In this document: in pieces, positions 13,201 through 25,591 of the stretch | Numbering within the stretch: the stretch's first letter is position 1 | Layout: each line of letters starts with the position of its first letter | DNA from: Octopus sinensis | Taxonomy: Eukaryota | Assembly (NCBI RefSeq): GCF_006345805.1 | Contig: NC_043005.1 | Span: 16,864,001 to 16,928,000 of the forward strand | DNA: 64,000 nucleotides | Direction: 5' to 3' | Notes under the pieces: generated by a model | Seen by the model: the letters and a program-made list of their open reading frames with translations, nothing else | What the model was told of the DNA's origin: nothing | The model's database searches: none | Made by a program: the position numbers and the translations under genes

Positions 13201-13784
13201 GGGGGTGCCTGTAAGTGTATATATGTATGTGTGTATATATATCATTTGTGCACAATGGTGCAAATACTTTCTGGTTTGTAAAATGAAGGCAACTCTTTCT
13301 AAAAGAACAAAAATCAAGTGAACTTAGCAATTCATCAAATAGGGATGTGTTAAAATAAGTACTGGAGGGTTGTCATAATTAATTACAGATGATTAGGGTA
13401 ATATCCTAGCATGACCACAGACCAGTGTCTGGAACTTGTTAAAGAATTAAAGGATATCTTACAATACCTATTTCTTGTAAGTTGGATGTGTGTGTATGAA
13501 AGGTTTTAAAATCAGAGAAGGATTAGTAGTGTCTATGATTTTTTTTTTCAGGGTTTCAGTGTAATGTAGGGAGGACAATGTATTCAGACCTGAAACCTGT
13601 CTGAAATGTTTGTAGCAGAGCAGGCTTCTGCTGAAGGTGTTTGAGAACTAGGTGACTGGTGTTTTTTGTCTTAGAGTGAACAATTGAGTGTCTGTTTGCT
13701 GAGGAGCTTTTGTAACATCCAAAGGTAAACCCATGAGGTCATGAGGTTTCGGGAATGATGCAACACCAGTTTTTAAGTGATATA

Positions 13785-13817
<33 letters not shown>

Positions 13818-14315
13818 GTATGTATGTGATGGACTTTGAGAGAAAAAAAAGTTTTGCTTCAATATCACATAAGGAAGATAAGCATATCTAAAATGTCATG
13901 GTATAAATACTTTTATCTTCATTTAATATCATTGTTCCTTGCTGACATGGTTCCTTAAAACCATCCACTTGACAGCTTGTACAGGGTGGGGTTTTTTTTC
14001 CCTTATTGTTACCAGCACTGATGGGGTTACCATGCAGTTCACAAGACTATGGACCCCAGCAGTTCTACACATAAAACTAAAATACATGTTATATATGTGA
14101 CACTTTGATAACAGGATTATTCAAGAAATTGAAATTTCAACATCCCAGGCTGAAATTAAAATGGTTCATTATTATTGTTCTTTAATGATAAAAACCCATG
14201 ACATTTTGTGTTGTGTAAAACACATCTAGAATCCTCTTCCACTGTAACTGACCACAGGATAAGTGTCCAGTTATGGAAACAACCTCAAATTGTTTGGAGG
14301 TGGGGAACTGATATA

Positions 14316-14475
14316 GGTGCAGGCATGGCTGTATGGTTAAGAGGCTTGCTTTGACATTGCATGGTTTTGGGTTCAGCTGTAGTATGTGGCACCTTGGGCA
14401 AGTGTCTTCTACTATAACCCTGGACTGACCAATACCATGTGAGTGAATTTAGTGCATGGAACTGTGTGGAAGCCC

Positions 14476-14517
<42 letters not shown>

Positions 14518-14900
14518 TAGGCGCAGGAGTGGCTGTGTGGTAAGTAGCTTGCTAACCAACCACATGGTTCCGGGTTCAGTCCCACTGCGTGGCATCTTGG
14601 GCAAGTGTCTTCTGCTATAGCCCCAGGCCGACCAATGCCTTGTGAGTGGATTTAGTAGACGGAAACTGAAAGAAGCCTGTTGTATATATATATATGTATG
14701 TGTGTGTTTGTGTGTGTCCCCCTAGCATTGCTTGGCAACCAATGCTGGTGTGTTTACGTCCCCGTTACTTAGCGGTTCGGCAAAAGAGACCAATAGAATA
14801 AGTACTGGGCTTACAAAGAATAAGTCCCGGGGTCGATTTGCTCGACTAAAGGCGGTGCTCCAGCATGGCCGCAGTCAAATGACTGAAACAAGTAAAAAAG

Positions 14901-14952
<52 letters not shown>

Positions 14953-15185
14953 CATACATACATACATATGTTTGTCTTAGTTTGCACTCCACTCCATCTT
15001 TGACAATTACAGTTGGTTTGTTTATGTCCCTGTAACTTAGAGATTCAGCAAAAGTGACCGATAGAATACAGTATCAGACTCAAAAAGAGAAAAAATACTG
15101 GAGTTGACTTATTTGACAAAACTTTTGAAAGCGGTACCCCAGGATGGCTGCAGTCCAATGATTGAATCAAGTAAAAGATAAAACA
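14316..15185 (+). mobile_element. Older family A SINE with a younger family A copy (14520-14900) nested in its internal microsatellite
   Basis: Diverged head 14316-14477, (TA)n, complete copy, (TG)(TA)n, diverged tail 14975-15185. Confidence 0.8.
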
Positions 15186-16089
15186 TAAACCCTGTGATGG
15201 TTATTGTTTAACCCCAGGTTTTCCGTGATCAAGTCGACCTATGATCAAAGGGTTTCCAGCTTTGATTACTTTCCCCCTACATATGGGCACACTTAAGATC
15301 TCACAGTTCAATAACCCCACCTTAAAGTCCACCTTAAAGTAGGGCATAGTTTTAATTAAGATTTGGTTGCTATTTCTAGCTGGTCGAGCAACTGCATAGT
15401 GGCTCCAGTGGTTAGAGGAATTGTTGGTGTAAGTGGAAAGTATTGGTTGGTTGGTTGTTTACATTTGAGAAATAAGTCTGCTTTGTTTACATACATCTGT
15501 TTTCCTCTGGAAGTCAGAACAGCGGAATGGAGAGGAGAGGAGAGGTGGAATGCCAGATGGTTAGGGAAGATTCAAGAAATCTAATATTTTCTATACAACC
15601 AACTCAGATCCAGTTGTTACATAACCGTACACAGGAAAAAGTCAACATTCTTTATTGGGTGTGTTACACAAAACAGAAACACTACATGCTAGGTTTCTTA
15701 CTCATTCTCTCCCCCCACACACACACTTCACCCCTTCCTCCTTTTACTGTTTCCATCTTGGCTTTCCCACTCTCTTGCTCCCCTTCCTCTCTCTAATCCC
15801 CCTTCCATACCAATTCATTTTATGCCCCCCCCACTCTTCCTTTCTTTTTACATTTTCTTCCTCACCTCATTAACCTTTGCTCTTTGCTCTCCATTTATTT
15901 CTTCTTTTCCTTTCTTCCCCCTTTCCTTTCCAGTATCTTTCTTCTTTTCATATCATCCCATGTCCTACCTCTACACATCACGCTCTCTTTTTCTATATTC
16001 TTCCATTCTTTTTCATCTCTTTTTCTCTCACTTCCCACTCCTTTTTATCTTCCCCTCTTCTGTCCTTCATGTTCTTCTGTCTTTTTTTT

Positions 16090-17480
16090 CCTTCTCCTTC
16101 TCTGTCCTTATGTCCTCTCCTTCTCCTCTGTCCTTTCTTATGTTCTCCTCTGTCCTTTCTTATGTCCTTCCCCTCCTCTCCTTTCTTATGTCCTTCCCCT
16201 CCTCTGTCCTTTCTTATGTCCTTCCCCTCCTCTGTCCTTTCTTGTGTCCTTCCCCTCCTCTGTCCTTTCTTGTGTCCTTCCCCTCCTCTGTCCTTTCTTA
16301 TGTCCTTCCCCTCCTCTGTCCTTTCCTATGTCCTTCCCCTCCTCTGTCCTTTCTTATGTCCTTCCCCTCCTCTGTCCTTATGTCCTTCCCCTCCTCTGTC
16401 CTTTCTTATGTCTTTCCCCTCCTCTGTCCTTTCTTATGTCTTTCCCCTCCTCTGTCCTTTATGTCCTTCCCCTCCTCTGTCCTTTCCTATGTCCTTCCCC
16501 CTCCTCTGTCCTTTCTTATGTCCTTCCCCCTCCTCTGTCCTTTCTTATGTCCTTCCCCCTCCTCTGTCCTTTCTTATGTCCTTCCCCCTCCTCTGTCCTT
16601 TCTTATGTCCTTCCCCTCCTCTGTCCTTTCCTATGTCCTTCCCCCCTCCTCTGTCCTTTCTTATGTCCTTCCCCCTCCTCTGTCCTTTCTTATGTCCTTC
16701 CCCCTCCTCTGTCCTTTCTTATGTCCTTCCCCTCCTCTGTCCTTTCTTGTGTCCTTCCCCTCCTGTCCTTTCTTGTGTCCTTCCCCTCCTGTCCTTTCTT
16801 GTGTCCTTCCCCTCCTCTGTCCTTTCTTATGTCCTTCCCCTCCTCTGTCCTTTCTTATGTCCTTCCCCTCCTCTGTCCTTTCTTATGTCCTTCCCCTCCT
16901 CTGTCCTTTCCTATGTCCTTCCCCTCCTCTGTCCTTTCTTATGTCCTTCCCCTCCTCTGTCCTTTCTCTCCTCTGTCCTTTCTTGTGTCCTTCCCCTCCT
17001 GTCCTTTCTTATGTCCTTCCCCTCTCTGTCCTTTCTTATGTCCTTCCCCTCCTCTGTCCTTTCTTATGTCCTTCCCCTCCTCTGTCCTTTCTTATGTCCT
17101 TCCCCTCCTCTGTCCTTTCTTATGTCCTTCCCCTCCTCTGTCCTTTCTTATGTCCTTCCCCTCCTCTGTCCTTTCTTATGTCCTTCCCCTCCTCTGTCCT
17201 TTCTTATGTCCTTCCCCTCCTCTGTCCTTTCTTATGTCCTTCCCCTCCTCTGTCCTTTCTTATGTCCTTCCCCTCCTCTGTCCTTTCTTATGTCCTTCCC
17301 CTCCTCTGTCCTTTCTTATGTCTTTCCCCTCCTCTGTCCTTTCTTATGCCCTTCCCCTCCTGTCCTTTCCTATGTCCTTTCTCTCCTCTGTCCTTTCTTA
17401 TGTCCTTTCCCTCCTCTGTCCTTTCTCTCCTCTGTCCTTACCCTCCTCTGTCCTTACCCTCCTCTGTCCTTTTCCTTCTA
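16090..17480. repeat. 28-bp polypyrimidine minisatellite (TCCTTCCCCTCCTCTGTCCTTTCTTATG)n
   Basis: About 45-50 units, 25 of 28 bases pyrimidine; explains three stop-free frames of more than 500 aa. Confidence 0.97.
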
Positions 17481-18133
17481 TCCATTTCTAAGTCTCCCCA
17501 TCCATTTCTATATTCCTTCTGACTTTTTTTATATCTCCATCCTTCTTCTTGTCTCTACCCACTTTTTTCTAGTGTCTCTCCTCTATGTTGTTTCCGCCTC
17601 TCCTTTTTCCCTATAACTCTCCCACTTTCTTACCAATACCTCTATCAACACTTCATTCTCCAGAATCACTCTTTTACTCTCTCTCTATCTCCGGTTCCTT
17701 CATCTTCTCTCAGCTGTTGCCTTTTATCTTTTCCTCATCTCTTTTAATATATATGTTTATGTTTGATTTATCTATGATAAAAAGATTCTCACACTTGTTT
17801 TATCTTCCCCTTCCAAACCTTTCACTGTGTCTGTGTGTCCCTGTTCATACCCCAATTCTGTGTCATTAAATATGGCCCTCAGGCCAGGAGAATATTATTA
17901 CTTTTTTTTTCTTTTTTTTTTGTATTTGTATTATGTGTGGAATGCTTTTTTTATTTTCTTATCTCCTCCTGCTACTCTTGTTTTCCCAACTGTATGAGCT
18001 CAGAGCCAAACAGAAAGCCTCTATATAGCCTACTAGAAAGTAGCAGCCAAACCTCCTTCAAAATCATGTTTTACAAAAAGGACATACTCTGCATGAAAAA
18101 AAAAAAAAATGGATGGTCTTGTCTGGAATGGCT

Positions 18134-18362
18134 TTAACCCTTTCGTTACCAACCTGGCTGAAACCGGCTCTGATTCTGAGTACAAATGTCTTATTTTCAT
18201 AAGTTTTGAATGAAAATCTTCCACCAAACCTTAGTCACAATTTATGTTCCTGATACTAGCTGAATGATAACTAATTTTATTTTACTAAATTCTTAGTTAT
18301 ATTTAAAGTAATTGAAAGAAACACAGATCATCTCAAAATAAATACAGTAATGAAAGGGTTAA
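18134..18362. mobile_element. TTAA-flanked MITE, family 1 (piggyBac-type signature)
   Basis: TTAA-CCCTTTCGTTAC ... GTAATGAAAGGG-TTAA, about 220 bp, non-coding. Confidence 0.88.
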
Positions 18363-18955
18363 TAAGTTTGGTCAGCCAGAGCTGACCTGGGTCTAAATGA
18401 CAATGTGAATTCTTATATAAGAGGAATATCTTCCTTTGCAAACAAACAGCAATGGTGATGGTTGCTGATTGTTTGGTTAAGAAGTTTACTTTGCAACTAC
18501 ATAGTCGAGGTTTCAATTCCACTGCAAGGCACCTTGGGTAAATGTTTGCTATTGTAACCGTAAACCAACCAATGATATATAAAGGAATTTAGTAGTTAGA
18601 TGCCCCAAGAAGTTTCTCAATATTATTTTATGTCATAACATTGTCGAAGATTTTGATTATGTCTCCAGTTTTGTTCCATAGTTAAGTTTGTTTAAAGCAT
18701 ATCATTAGGATAAACAAATTGTGTGACACAGAGAATAAAAATGACATTATTTCTTAAAACCAGCACAAATCCAGAAATGTTGGGATAAAGCAGTTGATTA
18801 AATTGACCCTAGTTCTTGACTAGTGCTTATTTTAAAAGTTGACTTTGAAGGAAACTGAACTCCAAGCAAAGGGATGGAACTAAATACCACAAGACATTTT
18901 ATCTATATTCTACCATACTGCTTATATTAATCTTTCAAAGCACCATACTTATAAA

Positions 18956-19197
18956 CAGGGCTCAGGAGTCAACAAGAAACTCTGACTCCGACTCCTCTAC
19001 AATTGGCACCTCTGACTCTATGTAATTAAGTGATTATGGTCTACATATCTCATAAAGCCTACGCATATGCTTGTACTCTGAGTAGGCCTATATGTTATAA
19101 CTGGTTTATATCAAAGGATAAAGATATTGTGAGTCGGAATCGGTGTAGTTTTACTGACTCCAGCTACTCCTTAATTGTTTTCGACTCCACAGCCTTG
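18956..19197. mobile_element. hAT-type MITE
   Basis: Termini CAGGGCT-CAGGAGTC and CGACTCCACAGCCTTG, subterminal GACTCC repeats, 8-bp TSD CTTATAAA/CTTATAAT. Confidence 0.7.
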
Positions 19198-19216
19198 CTT
19201 ATAATAATAATTTTTC

Positions 19217-19570
19217 AGGTTGTAAGCATGGCTGTGTGGTTAAGTTCATTTTGTAACCATGTGGCTTTGGGTTCAGTTATAGCTCTGGGCCATTCAATGC
19301 CTTACAGGCGAATCTGGTGAAACAGAAACTGTGGAAGCTCATTTGTGTGTTTGTGTTTGTTCCCTTCACCGTCACTTGACAGTTAGTGTTGGTTTGTTTG
19401 CGTCCATATAACTTAGCAGTTTAGTGAAAAAGACTGATAGAATAAGTACAAGAATTAAAAAAAAAAAAAAAAAGAAAAAACAGTACTGGGGATGATTTGT
19501 TTGACTAAAGCCTTCAAAATAGTGCCGTAGTATGGCCACAGTTCAATGACTGAAACAAAGAGTAAAAGAT
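19217..19570 (+). mobile_element. Diverged family A SINE
   Basis: GCATGGCTGTGTGGTT head and GACTGATAGAATAAGTAC...ATGACTGAAAC tail. Confidence 0.7.
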
Positions 19571-20668
19571 TAAAAAAAAAAAAATGTTTGAGTGAAAATA
19601 TTTACACAGAAGTTGCTTATTCAATTTCAGCTTGTGTGTGTATGTATGTGTGTGTGATGGGGAGTAGAAAGATACTGGGAAGTTCTTGGGAAGCTGTTGA
19701 CTATTTTTAGCTCTAAATATTCCACCAGTTCTGTTTGTTTGTTTGTTTATTTTATGTTTTTTTTTTTTCAATGTTGTTAACTGAATAATTATTTATAGTT
19801 GGGATGACCTGGTGATATTGAGAAAGAAATTTCTGTGTGCTGTAGAAGATTGGAAACGTGCTGCCAGTGTGTGTGGTGTGTTTTGTCTGCAGTTTCTTGG
19901 TTTCACTGTGTTCATGATATTCTGTAGTGATAGTAGTAGTAGTAGCAGCAGCAGTGACAGATATTTGGTTGGTTCTATTGACACAGTTTCACCCTTTCAG
20001 TGTCAAATTGCTTAAAGCAGTCAATTGAACATCTGTGCAGTTAAGAATAATTGACTAGTGACTCCTGGTGGCTCATTAAGAAAACGGTAAATTTAGTAAT
20101 ACCCATTCACCTCTTTCTTCTCTGCCTCCTCCCCTCCTCCTTTAGTCTTTTATTGTGCCCCCCCCCCCGCCACTCCACTCCACTGTACTCAATTACTTTA
20201 TTATTCCCCTTCCTTTTCAGAAACAGCAGACTTTTGGAATTCCATTCTTTGTTTATGTTATTCCAAGATGTCAAACAGTCTTGGAGTACTTTTAAAGGAT
20301 CACGGGGGCACTCTCTTTTCCTCCTTTGATTTACCAAGAATACATTTTCTGAACTGTATTAGTCTAATCTGTTAGCCCTTGTGATTTGACTAAAGAGAGA
20401 ATTTGTGTTACAGGGAAAGAGTTAATCTCCCTCGTTATTACTTTTAATTACTTTGTGTGTTAAAGCAGCAGAGTAACTGATATGGTAGAATACTGCCTGA
20501 CTAAATTACTTTCTCAATACATTTCCATTCCTTGATTTTCTGTGCTCAAATATCACTGGGGTTGGTAAAATATCAGCTCGTCTTTGTTTACATGTATGAT
20601 CAGTGTTTCTCCCATAACCATCCTGACTTTTAGTAGAATCACTACATTGTCGGGGCTTATATATATAT

Positions 20669-20877
20669 CTTTTACTTGTTTCAGTCATTTGACTGCGGCC
20701 ATGCTGGAGCACCGCCTTTAATCGAGCAACTCGACCCCGGGACTTATTCTTTTTGTAAGCCCAGTACTTATTCTATTGGTCTCTTTTGCCAAACTGCTAA
20801 GTAATGGGGACATAAACACACCAGCATCGGTTGTCAAGCAATGCTAGGGGAACAAACACAACCACACACATGCATAT

Positions 20878-20916
<39 letters not shown>

Positions 20917-21070
20917 GACGGGCTTCTTTCAGTTTCCGTCTACCAAATCCACTCACAAGGCTTTGGTTGGCCCGAGGCTATAGTAGAAGACACTTGCCAC
21001 GCAGTGGGACTGAACCTAGAACCATATGGTTGGTAAACAAGCTACTTACCACACAGCCACTCTTGCGCCT
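20669..21070 (-). mobile_element. Family A SINE
   Basis: Reverse complement of the full family A sequence with internal (TA)n. Confidence 0.85.
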
Positions 21071-21187
21071 ATATATATGTATAAAGAAATATTGTTAAAT
21101 GTTTTTCGATTATTTATAGATAATACAAGTATTTTACATATATTTATTTGATAATTAGTATAAGTACATTTATTTTATTATTATTTT

Positions 21188-21299
21188 AGACCTGATGAGT
21201 GACTATTTTTAAATAGAATTAATTTTAGATCGATTTAATTTTAAAGCGAATTGATTTTATTATTTATTTTAAAATATAGCCATGAAGTGGGCGTAGTCT
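21188..21299 (+). ncRNA. Degenerate type I hammerhead ribozyme motif
   Basis: AGAC-CTGATGA-[GTGACTAT...ATAGCCAT long stem II]-GAAG-TGGGCG-TA-GTCT. Stem I is AGAC/GTCT. GAAA reads GAAG and stem III is poor. Confidence 0.55.
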
Positions 21300-21705
21300 T
21301 TTTACTACTATTTACTATTTATTGTACTTTATTGATTTTTAGAATAAGGTTTTTAAAGTATGTTTCCTATATGGTGTGAATAACATCTTTCATTATTGAA
21401 TTGTTTAATAGAGGTTTTTCTCTAAATCATGTGTGTATGTGTGTGAAGATCCAAGGATCAAGGTGTAGGAAGTTAGTAAGATTCAAGCAGTCCATATAAG
21501 GTATAAAACAACTTTCAGGAACAATAATGCTTTATTGACATAAAATGTAAGTTTTTCCCATATTGAAGTTCAATAAGCTGAAAGAAGTTATATTATACTT
21601 CACGGTTAGCAGCTATGGAACATATGTAGTCTAGATTTTATCTACTCCATTTCCTAAATTTGGAGATATTTAAAATGTGAGTGTGATTATGTTTAATAAA
21701 CATAG

Positions 21706-22327
21706 ACGCAGGAGTGGCTGTGTTGTAAGTAGCTTGCTTACCAACCACATGGTCCCAGGTTCAGTCCCACTGCGTGGCACCTTGGGTAAGTGTCTTCTAC
21801 TATAGCCTCGGGTCGATCAAAGCCTTGTGAGTGGATTTGGTAGACGGAAACTGGAAGAAGCCCGTTGTGTGTGTATGTATGTATGTATGTATGTATATAT
21901 ATATATATATACTGGAGTAAGCACATAAATGTGAAACAAGGTGGAAAAAAGAGTACTCAAATACCAGAGGTAGAGTAATGTGCTTTATTTAAAAACAGCA
22001 GAAATATAACAAAAGCTGTTACTCAGTTTCCCGTTCATTGGACAGTTTTGTTAAAAAAATTTTTAAATAAAGTATATATATATATATATACATGTGTATA
22101 TATATATATATGTATATGTGAGTGTGTGTTTCTGTGTTTGTACCCCCAACATCACATGACAACCGATGCTGGTGTGTTTTATGTCCCCGTAACCTAGTGG
22201 TTTGGTAAAAAGAGACTGATAGAATAAGTACTAGGCTTACAAAGAGTAAGCTCTGGAGCCAATTAGCTTGACTAAAAAAAGGCGGTGCTCCAGCATGGCC
22301 ACAATCAGGTGACTGAAACAAAAAGAG
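21706..22327 (+). mobile_element. Family A SINE carrying a fold-back element in its microsatellite
   Basis: Head 21706-21866, tail 22125-22327, insert 21912-22072. Confidence 0.85.
21912..22072 (-). mobile_element. (TA)n-inserted hammerhead/fold-back element, family H1 (degenerate)
   Basis: Reverse-complement match to 33055-33193 and 39872-40000. Minus strand reads AAAACTGT-CCAATGA-ACGG-GAAA-CTGAG-TA-ACAGCTTTT. Confidence 0.8.
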
Positions 22328-22540
22328 CATTTAGTTTTGCTGTGAAATTAGGTCCCACAGTTCGATAATGAGTAGTGCTACTTCTTTTCAACAGTTTGGA
22401 AGGTAGAAGCAAGCAATTATTGACAAACCAGTTTTGTTCTCATTCATGCTGTCAAAGCTCTGGTGGTCTAATCATGGAGCTTAATTTCATGGCAATATAA
22501 TCCACAATTATTTGAGATCAAGGTCACACACGCACACACA

Positions 22541-22742
22541 TCTTTTGGTTGCTTCAGTCATTAGACTGTGGCCGTGCTGGGGCACTGCTTTGAATTTTTA
22601 GTCGAATTAAATCAACCCCAGTACTCCTTTTTTAAAGCCTGGTATTTGTATTGTTCTCTTTTGCTGAACTACTAACTTACAGGGATGCAAACACACCAAC
22701 ACTGGTTGTCAAGCAGTGGTGGTGGTGGCGGCCACAGAAAGA

Positions 22743-22796
<54 letters not shown>

Positions 22797-22830
22797 GTCT
22801 TTCAGTTTTAGTCTACCAAATCCACTCATT
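22541..22830 (-). mobile_element. Diverged family A SINE (partial)
   Basis: Reverse-complement tail, (CA)n, and TTTCAGTTTTAGTCTACCAAATCCACTCA. Confidence 0.7.
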
Positions 22831-22842
22831 TATATATATATC

Positions 22843-22875
<33 letters not shown>

Positions 22876-22879
22876 GTGT

Positions 22880-23090
22880 GAATATAATAAAAAAGGGTAA
22901 TAACATATATTATTATTACCAGTGGCCTAGCACAAAAGACAAATTAGTCATTAGACAAAATATTATTCATAGAGAAAAATATTATTCATATAGAAATATA
23001 ATAAAGGGCTCCCAAATAAGGAACCCTAGTGCTATAGACTAATTAGTCATTAGACATTCCTTATTTGGGAGCCCTTTATTATATTTTATA
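22880..23090. repeat. (TA)n-embedded element with a perfect 30-bp inverted repeat
   Basis: AAATATAATAAAGGGCTCCCAAATAAGGAA (22994-23023) and TTCCTTATTTGGGAGCCCTTTATTATATTT (23057-23086). Confidence 0.8.
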
Positions 23091-23186
23091 TATATATATA
23101 TATAATTGTCAAAGAGGACAACAAACATTAAAGCAAAGCAAGCATCTCAAGTCATACACATTATTGTTATTGGAAAAAAATTCAAA

Positions 23187-23240
23187 GTCTTACAGCTGTT
23201 TCTGGGATATCTCATTATTGGATATTCTGTCATCAGAGAC
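23187..23240 (-). ncRNA. Type I hammerhead ribozyme motif with palindromic stem III
   Basis: Minus strand GTCT-CTGATGA-CAGAATATC(CAATAATGA)GATATCCCA-GAAA-CAGCTG-TA-AGAC. All core nucleotides are canonical; the base of stem II is mismatched. Confidence 0.75.
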
Positions 23241-24418
23241 AATTTGGGGAAAATGAGTAGGGTATAGATTAATGAAATGACGACCTAGAGGAAGGTAGTA
23301 GAGGAATGAGGAGATGAAGAGAGAGAAGAAAGAAGCATAAAAGTTCACAGTTCAACTTTCTGATGTTGCAGAAATAAGTGCATAAGCCCTAGTAATCCGT
23401 TACAACACTTACCTAACATACCTAATCGTTTAGATCACCTGTGAATTAACCCCCTCCCCCCCATACTTTGTGTGTATGTATACAAATTGATGTCTCTGTG
23501 GAGTGTTTATAAAATGCTTCCAACAATTTCTGCTCTTATCATGTGTATTTAAGCTTCTGTTTTATGATGTATGTATATTCCATCATATTTAGTATGTGTA
23601 TACTTTTGTTGTTCGTATAGTGAGGTGTGTATATTCCTTGCTTTCATAGTATGGTGTGTGTATCCTTGAGCTTGTAATGTATGTATGTGGTTGTGTGTGT
23701 ATATATCGTTGTTCTTGTAATATGTGTATTCTCGCTCCATAGTTACAGTATATGTATCCCTACTCCTGCATTAAGCTCTGTTCTATCTCCCCATGACAAT
23801 TATATTGTAAACATCAAGTATAAGGCTCTCAGTCTCTCTCTGTCATTCTTCCTCACTCAGTGTTAAGCTGCTGAACATTAATGAGCATATGGCTGTTTAG
23901 TGCACGTTAGTGTCTACTGACTGATTTCTGTCACTTATCTGTGTGCTATTTGACACTAGTGTTCTGGCTGACTGATCTGCTGAAGAAAATATACAGGCAG
24001 AGAGAAAGGTGGAGGTTTGCATGATTTTTTACCTGTGATATACCTGTTCCATATAATTGATTTTTAGTGTTGCTTTTTCTATTCTTGAACCTAGCAAGTT
24101 CAATGTCTTTTAGATATAAAGAATAGCATATCAAGGTAATATTGTTTACTTCAATAGTCTCCTTAGCTGCCTTATGCATGTACAATGGTGTGTGTGAATA
24201 AGAGAGAGAGAAGAGCATGTGTATGTAACCTGTTACTCTTTCCACTGTAAAAGAAAAGAACAAAAAGAAAAACTGCTATGATCAAATCAAAAGAAAGTAA
24301 AGGAGGTGTTAGATCTTATTTCTCATGGGTTCCTTGTTTGCAAAATTAGGAAGGGTGTGACTTGTATCCATCTGTTAGTAGTTAAATTGATTTGTTTTGG
24401 TTCCTGTTTGAGAGTATG

Positions 24419-25140
24419 TAATCTCTTTAGTATTCCGATTATTTTGTCAAATGTATTGCTTGTTGATTCACATTGTTTTGAATTAATTGAGCATTTTCTC
24501 ATAGCTTTGAGACATCAATGATGTGATTATTTAGTTTTTGAATGACATTGTAGGGTAGGCGCGAGAGGTCAGATCTAGCCTGTTTGAACGTAAAACAGGT
24601 AGAATTATTTGGGCTGAATATGATCATCATCATTTAATGTCCGTTTACCATGCTGGCATGGGTTGGACGGTTTGAGGTCTGGAGAGCCAACAGCTGCACG
24701 AGGCGCCAGTCTGATCTGGTAAGATTTCTACAGCTGGATGACCTTCCTAATGCCAACCACTCCAAGAGTGTAGTGGGTACTTTTTACGTACCACTGGCAC
24801 AGGAACCAGTCAGGCGGGCCTGGCATCGATCACGTTTGGATAGTGCTTTTTACATGCTACCGGCACTGGGGCCAGTTGGTGGGTACTGGCATCAGCCATG
24901 TTTGGATGGTGCTTTTTACGTGCAACTGGCACAAGAACCAGTCAGGCGAACCTGGCATTGACCGTGTTCAGATGGTGCTTTTTTACGTGCCACCGGTATG
25001 TGAACCAATCAAGGGGCGCTTGCTACAGCTACGATATTGGTTTTACTTGACTCAACAGGTTTTCTCAAGCATATATCACATGCTGCATCAGGGATATTCT
25101 TAACTGGGCCAGACTTGTGTTTTAAATACTAAAGGGTTAC
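24419..25140. mobile_element. TTAA-type MITE, family 2, interrupted by a family C element (about 24625-25030, minus strand)
   Basis: CTTTAGTATTCCGATTATTTTGTCAAAT ... TTTAAATACTAAAGGGTTA; body matches the 43607 and 54127 copies. Confidence 0.7.
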
Positions 25141-25591
25141 ATAAGTAGCTCGTGATATTTTTTAGGGGTTGGGTTCATACAAAATTACACCTAGGGTTGC
25201 TGTTTTGTAAAAAAAATGAATATTTTTTAATTTTAATATATTCTTTTTGTGGGGGTCTTGGAAACAAATCACTACTCCTTTTATATTTTTTTCGTATTGT
25301 TATTTTATGACCACCTTCTCTTCTTCAGACAGTATGAGGTGATGTGAGGAGGATTTGACTGATATTTTTAGCAGGTTGAATAACTATGTAGTGGCTCCAT
25401 GGTTTGCTCAAGGCAGATAAAGGGGCATTGCCTACAACTTTTTCATTCTTGCAGTTTTTATTCTTTTACTTTTTTCAGTCATTTGACTGTGGCCATGCTG
25501 GAGCACTGCCTATAGTTGAACAAATTGACCACCAGGACTTATTCTTTGTAAGCCTAATACTTATTCTATTGGTCTCTTTGGCTGAATTGAT

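Noticed and set aside
12247-13330. His/Thr/Cys-rich ORFs
   Set aside because: Artefacts of the 22/24-bp minisatellite.
15822-17616. Three overlapping ORFs of 535-579 aa
   Set aside because: Translation of a 28-bp pyrimidine satellite that lacks stop codons in all three frames; no domain content.
21445-21700. Possible additional hammerhead (CTGAAAGA...; minus-strand GAAA...TA)
   Set aside because: I could not assemble stems I-III around a complete core.
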